This document shows, one piece after another, positions 28,765 to 35,850 of a stretch of DNA of 35,850 nucleotides (position 1 is its first letter; every line of letters begins with the position of its first letter). The stretch is from Candidatus Hydrogenedentota bacterium (GTDB lineage: Bacteria; Hydrogenedentota; Hydrogenedentia; Hydrogenedentales; SLHB01), in the NCBI GenBank assembly GCA_029974275.1, contig JARKSN010000039.1, positions 1-35,850 of the forward strand, written 5' to 3'. The notes beneath the pieces were generated by a model. The model ran no database searches. It was not told the DNA's origin and saw only the letters and a list, made by a program, of their open reading frames with translations. The position numbers and the translations under genes were made by a program.

Positions 28765-29322
28765 TCACACCTCCATGATTTCCGCTTCTTTATGCTTCAG
28801 GATATCGTCGATTTTCGCGATGCACTCGTCGGTGATCTTCTGGATGTGCGCCGTCAGCTTGTGCGCATCGTCCTCAGGGATTTTTCCGTCCTTCTGCTCT
28901 TTCTTCGTCTCGTCCACGTAATGCCGGCGAACGTTCCGCACGGAGACCCGCGCCTCCTCGGCGAGCTTGCTGATCAGCTTGACAAGGTCCCGGCGCCGGT
29001 CTTCGGTCAGCGGCGGAATGGGGATGCGGATCAGCTTGCCGTCGTTCGCGGGATTCAGGTCCAACGGCGAAGCCAGGATAGCCTTTTCTATGGCGCGAAT
29101 TTGCGTCTTATCCCATGGCGTAATGGTCAGCAAGCGCGCTTCGGGCGCGGAAACCGTGCCCAATTGATTGAGCTTCATCTTCGAACCGTACACATCGACT
29201 TCGATGCTGTCCAGCAACCCCACCGAGGCGCGGCCTGTCCGGACGTTGACCAATTCGTGCTGGAAGGCTTCGATGGCCTTTTCCATTTTCTGCTTGGCTT
29301 CCTTGGCTAATGCATGCTCCAT
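28765..29322 (-). CDS. frr: Ribosome recycling factor
   Basis: VRTGRAS...IPPLTEDRRRDLVK...RVSVRNVRR...KEAEIMEV. Confidence 0.97.
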   Translation of the reverse strand: MEHALAKEAKQKMEKAIEAFQHELVNVRTGRASVGLLDSIEVDVYGSKMKLNQLGTVSAPEARLLTITPWDKTQIRAIEKAILASPLDLNPANDGKLIRIPIPPLTEDRRRDLVKLISKLAEEARVSVRNVRRHYVDETKKEQKDGKIPEDDAHKLTAHIQKITDECIAKIDDILKHKEAEIMEV

Positions 29323-29325
29323 GGA

Positions 29326-30045
29326 TCAATCTCCTCTTACCAGCGTTCCAATGCGCTCGCCGCGCAATGCCTTGATGATGCTTCCGGGCTGAGTGAGATT
29401 AAACACGAGGATCGGCAGTTTGTTGTCGCGACACAGCGAAATGGCCGTCGCGTCCATGACTCTCAACTGCCGGGTCAATACGTCCGTATACGTCAATTCC
29501 TCGAAGCGGATCGCCCTCGAATCCTTGTTCGGATCGCGATCGTAGACCCCATCCACCTTGGTGGCCTTGAACAGGATTTCCGCGCCGATCTCGCTGGCGC
29601 GCAAGGCGGCGGCGGTGTCCGTCGTGAAAAACGGATTGCCCGTGCCCGCGCCGAAGATGACGATCCGCCCTTTTTCCATGTGCCGGAGCACGCGGCGGCG
29701 GATATACGGCTCGGCGACCGGCCGCATCTCGATCGCCGTGACGACCCGCGTCGGAACGCCTTTCTTTTCGAGAACGGCCTGAATCGCCAGCGCGTTGATC
29801 ACCGTCGCCAGCATGCCCATGTAGTCGCCCGTGGGACGGTCCACGCCGTTGGCCTCGCCCCCCGCGCCGCGAAAAATGTTGCCGCCGCCGACCACTACCC
29901 CCAACTCGACGCCCATCGCATGGGCCTCGACCAACTCATCGCAAAACCGGCCTATGGTGGCAAAATCGATGCCGCCGTCGCCATCGCCTTCAAGGGCCTC
30001 GCCGCTGAGTTTCAGCAGGATGCGTCTAGGGGCCGCGTCTGACAC
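29326..30045 (-). CDS. pyrH: UMP kinase
   Basis: [50 protein letters not shown] start 30045 with AGGAG SD. Confidence 0.97.
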   Translation of the reverse strand: MSDAAPRRILLKLSGEALEGDGDGGIDFATIGRFCDELVEAHAMGVELGVVVGGGNIFRGAGGEANGVDRPTGDYMGMLATVINALAIQAVLEKKGVPTRVVTAIEMRPVAEPYIRRRVLRHMEKGRIVIFGAGTGNPFFTTDTAAALRASEIGAEILFKATKVDGVYDRDPNKDSRAIRFEELTYTDVLTRQLRVMDATAISLCRDNKLPILVFNLTQPGSIIKALRGERIGTLVRGD

Positions 30046-30061
30046 GCCGATCGTTCTCCTA

Positions 30062-30715
30062 CTACTGCTTGGCCAGTTCCGCCGCAACGTCCTCGGCAAT
30101 ATTGGCCGTGCGCTTTTCGATGCCTTCGCCCAGTTGGAAACGCACAAAACGGCGGACCGAAACCTTTTCGCCGATTTTGCCGCTGAGTTCCTTTGTGATC
30201 GTCTCGATCGTGACGTCGGGATTTTTCACGAAAGACTGCTCCATCAAGCAGACTTCTTTGTACCATTTGCCCAACATGCCCTCGGCGATCTTGTCGAGTA
30301 TGTTTTCCGGCTTTCCGGTCTCGCGGGCGCGGACGATGTAAATGCCCTTTTCCTTGGCGATCTCTTCCTGGGGCACGTCCTCGCGCTGAACCCACCGGGG
30401 CGACGCAGAACAGATTTGCAGGCAGATATCTTTGCAAAAATCCTGAAAATCGTCGGTTTTGGCGACGAAATCGGTTTCGCAGTTGATTTCGGCCATCACG
30501 CCGATCTTCCCGCCCATGTGAATGTACGACGTGACCCGGCCTTCCGACGCGACCCGGCCCGCGCGTTTGGCCGCGCTCGCGATGCCCTTTTCGCGCAGCC
30601 AGGTGACGGCCTTTTCCATGTCGCCGCCGTTTTCGTTGAGGGCTTTTTTGCAGTCCATCATGCCTGCGCCCGTTTGCTCTCGAAGGTTTCTGACGTCTTC
30701 CGCTGTAAAAGCCAT
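30062..30715 (-). CDS. tsf: Elongation factor Ts (short ~217-aa form)
   Basis: [38 protein letters not shown]; start MAFTAEDV at 30715. Confidence 0.97.
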   Translation of the reverse strand: MAFTAEDVRNLREQTGAGMMDCKKALNENGGDMEKAVTWLREKGIASAAKRAGRVASEGRVTSYIHMGGKIGVMAEINCETDFVAKTDDFQDFCKDICLQICSASPRWVQREDVPQEEIAKEKGIYIVRARETGKPENILDKIAEGMLGKWYKEVCLMEQSFVKNPDVTIETITKELSGKIGEKVSVRRFVRFQLGEGIEKRTANIAEDVAAELAKQ

Positions 30716-30820
30716 GGCTGTATACGCTCCTATCATTAATTCCACGTGTGACATTCAACGCCCCAGCGCTGCGCAAGGGCCGCGCCGGACACGTCGCTAT
30801 TCCCGCCCTTCATGCCGCGC

Positions 30821-31636
30821 TTATTCGGCCTCGGGGCTTTCGTCCGTCGCGCTGGCGACCGGCGCGGCCGCCGCCGCTTCTTCCTGCTCCGGCTGGACCG
30901 TCGCCGCGCGCTGCTGCGCGAACCGCTTCTTCTCCTCCGCCCGGAATTTTTCCAACTGCGAACGCCCGTCGATGACGGCCTCCGCGATCACCGCACAATA
31001 CAGGCCCACGGCGCGAATGGCGTCATCATTGCCCGGGATGGGAATCGGAACCGATTCCGGATCGGCGTTCGTGTCAACCACGCCCAAGCACGGAATGCCC
31101 AGCCGTTCGGCCTCTCGCACGGCGATATACTCTTTTTTGGTGTCGATCACGAACATGACATCCGGCAAGCCGGGCATGCTCTTGATGCCGGCCAGGTTCT
31201 TGTTGAGCTTTTCCGTTTCCTGGCGCAGCTTGATGACTTCCTTCTTCTGACGCTTCTCGAAGGTGCCGTCCGTTTCCATTTCTTCGAGGCGGCGCAAGTT
31301 GCGGATGCTCTTCTGGATGGTCTCGAAGTTGGTCAGCGTGCCGCCCAGCCAACGGTTGTTCACGTAATACATGCCGCAACGCTGCGCCTCGCGCATCACC
31401 GGCTCTTGCGCCTGCTTCTTCGTGCCGACGAAAAGCACCGTGCCGCCCGCCGCCACCGAGTCGCGCACGAAATTGTAGGCGCGCTTGAGTTGACGCATCG
31501 ATTTTTGCAGGTCGATGATGTAGATGCCGTTGCGTTCGCCGAAAATGTAGCGGGCCATTTTGGGGTTCCAACGGCGGGTTTGGTGGCCGAAATGGATGCC
31601 GGCCTCGAGCAGGTCTTTCAACGTGACAGTGAACAT
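30821..31636 (-). CDS. rpsB: 30S ribosomal protein S2
   Basis: [48 protein letters not shown] 31636 with GAGGAG SD. Confidence 0.98.
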   Translation of the reverse strand: MFTVTLKDLLEAGIHFGHQTRRWNPKMARYIFGERNGIYIIDLQKSMRQLKRAYNFVRDSVAAGGTVLFVGTKKQAQEPVMREAQRCGMYYVNNRWLGGTLTNFETIQKSIRNLRRLEEMETDGTFEKRQKKEVIKLRQETEKLNKNLAGIKSMPGLPDVMFVIDTKKEYIAVREAERLGIPCLGVVDTNADPESVPIPIPGNDDAIRAVGLYCAVIAEAVIDGRSQLEKFRAEEKKRFAQQRAATVQPEQEEAAAAAPVASATDESPEAE

Positions 31637-31647
31637 GCGACTCTCCT

Positions 31648-31730
31648 CATTGGGTTTTGCCTTGGGGTCTTTGCGGCAGACCTGGCGCAATGGCCCGGCA
31701 CCCATGCCGCGTTCTCGACAAGACCCCTGT
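31648..31730 (-). ncRNA. rpsB 5' leader, probable S2 autoregulatory RNA (t44-like)
   Basis: Minus strand has GGGTGCC...AGGCAAAACCC, resembling the conserved GGGUGC...GGCAUAACCC core of S2 leaders, plus a GGGGTCTT/AAGACCCC stem; immediately 5' of rpsB. Confidence 0.6.
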
Positions 31731-31748
31731 GAAATAATCAAGCGGGGA

Positions 31749-31778
31749 AATGTAGCACATACGGACGGGAGGGCGCAA
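31749..31778 (-). promoter_or_regulatory. Extended -10 sigma70 promoter of the rpsB-tsf operon
   Basis: Minus strand TTGCGC-18 nt-TACATT with TG-c before the -10, followed by GC-rich discriminator TCCCCGC. Confidence 0.5.
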
Positions 31779-31856
31779 CTCGCCTGCGAAGCAAGGTCAT
31801 CGCAGGGCGAACCGGGACGACGGGGCCTTCTCGATCCGCATCGGCGAGAGGCGCGG

Positions 31857-32240
31857 TCACGAGGAGTAGCGGGCGGCGGGAGGGAAGGCGTTTTCGTCGT
31901 CGGCGCCTTCGCGTTCGAAGGCTTCGCGCCAGGGGGCGGCGTATTTGGCGATCCAGTCGAGGAGCGCGTCGCGCCCCAAATCGCGATGGACCTTTTCGGA
32001 TTCAATCCACTTGTGGCGCAGCATTTCTTCGCGTTGGCGGGCCAGAAGCCGCGCCTGGTGCGCTTCCCGCCACGCCACGGCGCGGTTCGCCATCCAGTCG
32101 TCATAGGCCTCTTCGTAGGGAACGTCGCGTTGCGCCTCCTGCGACAGCAGGCGTTGGTGGCGTTCGATGGCCCGCATCTCGGCCGGGGTTATCGAACGCG
32201 TCATGTCCGTTATCCGTTCCCTCGTGTCCTCGCTTGTCAT
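31857..32240 (-). CDS. Small protein with two tandem DUF4032-like repeats
   Basis: [26 protein letters not shown]...WRE and [25 protein letters not shown]...WRE; AGGAG SD. Confidence 0.65.
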   Translation of the reverse strand: MTSEDTRERITDMTRSITPAEMRAIERHQRLLSQEAQRDVPYEEAYDDWMANRAVAWREAHQARLLARQREEMLRHKWIESEKVHRDLGRDALLDWIAKYAAPWREAFEREGADDENAFPPAARYSS

Positions 32241-32470
32241 GGGCGATATCGTTCTCCTGGACGCTCTCGTCCGTTACGGCGCTCTCCGTTGCGGCGGCGC
32301 CTCCCAAGCGCCGCATGTACGCCGTATCTACAGTACACATGATAGCCCACGGCGTTGCATAGGTCCTGGTTGCCCGGCGGATGATGAATTCATTATAACG
32401 GAGACCGAGCGAGGAGCGAAGCAGCGCGGGGGAGATCAGGCCTGCGCCCGTGGGAAGGCCGGGAGGAGCG

Positions 32471-33991
32471 ATGGCGTCGCAGTGGGTGACGGTTCGTGAC
32501 GCGCAGGAGGGCGATGCCGCGCTGCTCCGCAGTTGGTGCGCCGCTGGCGAAATGGCCATTGCCGGGCGCCGTCTTGTCATGCCCGACGTGTCCGACGCGC
32601 AGGCGCGTTGGCGCGGGGGGCTTCTGGATCCCGGCCTCCTCTTGCTTTTGATCAGCCTGGACGGCGCGCCGGCCGGCGTTGTGCTTATTGCTCCGCACGC
32701 CGATCCTGCGGCGCGCGCGCTTGGAGTCGCGGTTTTGCCGGACGCGGCCCGCGCCGAGACGTTGCCCCGCATGCTTCGCGCGGCCTGCGTCCAGGCCGCC
32801 GCGCATCCCGAGATCAAGCGGTTGTGCGTGACGCTTGCCGTCGGCGACGCCGTTGGGGAAACCGTGTTTCAGGCGGCGGGATTTCGGGCATGCGGGCCGG
32901 GCGAGATGGAACTTGCCCTGCCGGTTCCGATTCCCCATAACCGCTTGACGCACGGCGAGCCCGAATCGCTTGCCGTTGCCGAGACGCTGGCCAGCGGACG
33001 TTGGGCCCAGGGACCGCGCGTCGCCGCGCTGGAAAACGCCCTGTGCACGGCGGGGGGCGTGGCCCATGCCGCGTGCGTGGCGTCGGGCGTAAGCGCGTTG
33101 CGCCTCGCGTTGTTGGCCCTTGGGGTGGGGCCAGGGGCGCGGGTGATTGTTCCCGCCTACAGTTGCGTGGCGCTCGCCAATGCCGTTCTTGCGTGCGGCG
33201 CCGAACCGGCGCTGGCCGATGTCGATCCAGAAACCTGGAACATCAGCCCGGAAACGCTGCATCGCGCGATGCAGGCCGGGCCGGTCGCCGCGATCATTGC
33301 CGTCAACACCTTTGGCGCGCCGGCTCCGATCCGCGCATTGCGCGCCGTGTGCGACGTCCCCATTGTCGAAGACTGCGCCCACGCGTTCGGCATGATCGCG
33401 GAAAACGCGCCGTTGGGAGCCCGAGGCGACGCCGCCGTGCTGTCGTTTTACGCGACCAAGCTTATGGGGGCCGGAGAAGGCGGGGCGGTGTTGACGTCGC
33501 GCCGCGCGATCGCCGAACGCGTGGCGCAATGGCGCGATTACGGCGATCAGCCGGCGCAGGGCGGACGCCTGAACGACAAGATGACGGATTTCGAAGCCGC
33601 GCTGGCTTTGTGTCAGTTGGATCGTTTGCCGCGCATGCTTGCCGCGCGGCAGGCCTTGGCCCAGCGCTACGCAGCGCGGCTCGCGCCGTACGCGGCTTCG
33701 GCGGGCTTTGTGTTGCCTGCGATGGAGGCGCCCCGCGTCTGGTACCGGTACGTGGTCGGACTGCGTCGGCAGGATGCGCGCCGGATCATCGCGGCCATGC
33801 ACGACGCGGGCGTGCATGCGGTGCATCCCGTAACGGATTGGCGCCGCCCCGGCGATGCGTCGTGCCCGAATGCCGATGCGGCCTATCGGAGTCTCATTAG
33901 CCTACCGCTCTACCCAACTCTTACGGAGCCAGAGCAGGATCGCGCCGCCGAGGCGTTTCTTCGGGCGTGCGTCCAGGCCGCCGGTTCGTGA
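32471..33991 (+). CDS. DegT/DnrJ/EryC1/StrS PLP-dependent sugar aminotransferase with an N-terminal GNAT-like domain
   Basis: SGVSALRLAL, VEDCAHAFG, SFYATKLMGAGEGG (PLP Lys), ISLPLYPTL; N-terminus VTVRDAQEGDAALLRSW...FQAAGF; ATG 32471 with GGAGG SD. Confidence 0.88.
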   Translation: MASQWVTVRDAQEGDAALLRSWCAAGEMAIAGRRLVMPDVSDAQARWRGGLLDPGLLLLLISLDGAPAGVVLIAPHADPAARALGVAVLPDAARAETLPRMLRAACVQAAAHPEIKRLCVTLAVGDAVGETVFQAAGFRACGPGEMELALPVPIPHNRLTHGEPESLAVAETLASGRWAQGPRVAALENALCTAGGVAHAACVASGVSALRLALLALGVGPGARVIVPAYSCVALANAVLACGAEPALADVDPETWNISPETLHRAMQAGPVAAIIAVNTFGAPAPIRALRAVCDVPIVEDCAHAFGMIAENAPLGARGDAAVLSFYATKLMGAGEGGAVLTSRRAIAERVAQWRDYGDQPAQGGRLNDKMTDFEAALALCQLDRLPRMLAARQALAQRYAARLAPYAASAGFVLPAMEAPRVWYRYVVGLRRQDARRIIAAMHDAGVHAVHPVTDWRRPGDASCPNADAAYRSLISLPLYPTLTEPEQDRAAEAFLRACVQAAGS

Positions 33992-34173
33992 AGCGGATGC
34001 GGCGGCGTTTTGCGTCGCATTCAAAACTTTGCACGGGCCGCGAGACCGCAATAAAAATCGATTAAATCGTTTTTATTGTTTTTAACCAAGCGATGCGGTG
34101 TCGATATTCCAAAATATCCACGACGCTTGCACTTATGCGCGGGCGCCATCCCTCCAAATTTAGAGCGGAGGGG

Positions 34174-34202
34174 TTGACAAGGGCGGGGTGGCATGTTACA
34201 CT
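34174..34202 (+). promoter_or_regulatory. Strong sigma70-type promoter
   Basis: TTGACA-17 nt-TACACT with extended TGn motif. Confidence 0.75.
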
Positions 34203-34497
34203 GACCCTTGAACAGTGGGGAAACCAATGTGCGGATTTCCTCATGCGCGCTCCTAGCTCAAGCCACACATGTGTAACGGGGCGTTGTTCAGTCCGGGCTC
34301 TGGGGCTGCGGCGGCTGAAAGGCCAACGCAAAACAGGGTGGAAGGCATTATCGCATACTGCACGGGCAACGTGCGGGTGCGGACGTGCTCTTTGCTTGAG
34401 GTAGCAACACTTCACGTAAAGGACGTGGGCCAGCGCACGCGTGCGTTGCGGTGGCGAAAGAAAAGCGAACCATAACGATGGAGAGAAGGAGATGGTT

Positions 34498-35598
34498 ATG
34501 AAGCAAGTATTTGCAGTGCTTGCCGGCGTGCTTATCGCAAGTAGTGCGTGGGCCGGCACAGCCTTTTACGGCGGCTATACGGGTGAGACGGGAACGCTCT
34601 TTGGGTTCAACAACGTCCCGGTGGCCCCGGAGTCGATCAGCTGGGTCGGGCACGAGGGATTTTATTCCATCGATGCGACGTCGGGCGCGGGCCGCGTGAA
34701 GTTCCAATTCACGTTGAACGATGGCACGACGATCCTGACGATTCCCGATGGAACGACCTATGACGTGACGGGGTACGTCATCAATCCGGGCAGCGGCCTG
34801 GACCCCGTGAACCGGAACTACCGTTTCTTCCTTGGGCCGACCACCTTCGCGCAGAACCTGGGCCACATCGGCCTTGAGTGGAACGTGGGCCAGGGCCAGT
34901 GGGTGTTGGCCAGCGACAACAACGCGCTCGTCGGCAACAGCACGAACCTGGGTGACGATGGCGCGGTGGCGATTCCGGCGAATTGGAGCACCTTCGCGGT
35001 GAAGGCGTCTCGCGATGCGTCGGCGAACCTGGTCCTCCAGTTTGCCGTCGACGGCGGCGCGTGGCGTCCGTTCTGGGTGAACGATGGCGTTCAGGCTCCG
35101 TTCTCCGCGAACAACAGCGGCACGATTGCGAAAGCCTTCCTGGATGCGTACAACGCCGATGCCGGCGGCCCGGATACTCCGTACATCAGCATCCGCGGGA
35201 CGTGGCCCTTCATCAGCGAGATGGTCATCACGGGTTCGGGCGTGACGGATGTCAATACGCCGCAGACCCCGATCGACATCAACGGCGACGCGGATGCGGA
35301 CGGCATTTCGCTGGTGCTCGAAGTCAAGAACGGTCTTAACCCCTTGGTGTCCAACGTCGGGTCCGATCTGGACGGCGATGGCGTTTCGGATGTGGCGGAA
35401 GTCGTCACGTACGGCTTGAATCCGAAAGATTCCGACTCGAACAACGACGGCTACAGCGACAAGGTCGCGGTGGCCCTGTTCCCCGAAAACACCGGCCAGG
35501 TCATCACGGCGAGCATGCTGCCGCTGTTTGGCTTGGGCGGCCTTGGGCTGCTGGGCCTTGGCCTTGCGGCGGCCGGTTTCCGTCGGATTCGCAAGTAA
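34498..35598 (+). CDS. Secreted protein with TSP3-like Ca-binding repeats and C-terminal membrane anchor/sorting signal
   Basis: Signal peptide MKQVFAVLAGVLIASSAWA with AAGGAG SD; DADADG, DLDGDGVSD, DSNNDGYSD; ends MLPLFGLGGLGLLGLGLAAAGFRRIRK. Confidence 0.85.
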   Translation: MKQVFAVLAGVLIASSAWAGTAFYGGYTGETGTLFGFNNVPVAPESISWVGHEGFYSIDATSGAGRVKFQFTLNDGTTILTIPDGTTYDVTGYVINPGSGLDPVNRNYRFFLGPTTFAQNLGHIGLEWNVGQGQWVLASDNNALVGNSTNLGDDGAVAIPANWSTFAVKASRDASANLVLQFAVDGGAWRPFWVNDGVQAPFSANNSGTIAKAFLDAYNADAGGPDTPYISIRGTWPFISEMVITGSGVTDVNTPQTPIDINGDADADGISLVLEVKNGLNPLVSNVGSDLDGDGVSDVAEVVTYGLNPKDSDSNNDGYSDKVAVALFPENTGQVITASMLPLFGLGGLGLLGLGLAAAGFRRIRK

Positions 35599-35648
35599 CC
35601 CATACGTAAGCGGATTCCGGGAAAAACGCCCGGAGTTCATCTGAGTTC

Positions 35649-35683
35649 GAGGCCGCCCTCTTCGGAGGGCGGCCTCTTCGTTT
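35649..35683 (+). terminator. Intrinsic terminator
   Basis: 12-bp stem GAGGCCGCCCTC-TTCG-GAGGGCGGCCTC (cUUCGg tetraloop) followed by TTCGTTT. Confidence 0.8.
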
Positions 35684-35776
35684 GGGGCGCCTTTTGACGA
35701 GGCGTTTTGACCTCCCAGGGCGTAGGCGTCCAACGTGAAAACGCGCCCGCCTCATCTCTTCGTAGCTTTGTGCGGG

Positions 35777-35850
35777 CATCCGTCCCGTAGCGCCCGGTCC
35801 CTGTGCCGTGCGTCCGTCTCGTAGCGCCCGGTCTCCGTGCCGGGCGTCCG
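35777..35850 (+). repeat. Tandem 34-bp GTAG-type REP-like repeats (array cut by window end)
   Basis: Units 35777-35810 and 35811-35844 are 29/34 identical and a third begins at 35845; core GTAG-CGCCCGG-tctccgtg-CCGGGCG. Confidence 0.7.

Noticed and set aside
34305..34345. GAAA hairpin followed by ACGCAAAAC, reminiscent of a c-di-GMP-I riboswitch
   Set aside because: The upstream GGCAAAC and the downstream P3/tetraloop-receptor elements are absent, so it is not called as that class.
35777..35850. Possible CRISPR array
   Set aside because: Units are directly tandem with no unique spacers and no cas genes are visible; a REP-type repeat fits better.

Overview
GC-rich bacterial chromosomal window dominated by translation genes. 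On the + strand, 1-14991 holds the 3' end of tuf followed by the S10-spc-alpha ribosomal protein cluster (rpsJ to rplQ, with secY, adk, map, infA, rpmJ, rpoA). rpmD (L30) and rpsD (S4) are missing from their usual slots. On the - strand, 15.2-20.5 kb carries a ~1417-aa secreted multi-Ig/FN3 protein with an uncharacterised C-terminal domain and a PEP-CTERM protein. A long - strand housekeeping run follows: rpsB-tsf-pyrH-frr-uppS-cdsA-prfB-[GxxExxY]-lysS-lolC/E-lolD-DUF2161. The right end has a DUF4032-like gene, a GNAT/DegT aminotransferase fusion, a secreted Ca-binding-repeat protein with a long structured leader, and GTAG-type REP repeats at the edge. The most striking observation is an AT-richer GxxExxY gene inserted between prfB and lysS and bracketed by a 27-bp inverted repeat. 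All four mismatches in that repeat become G·U pairs in the mRNA, which suggests an RNA-level intervening cassette. The host is diderm (Lol, PEP-CTERM). The style of the surface proteins is reminiscent of Candidatus Hydrogenedentota, but that is inference only.
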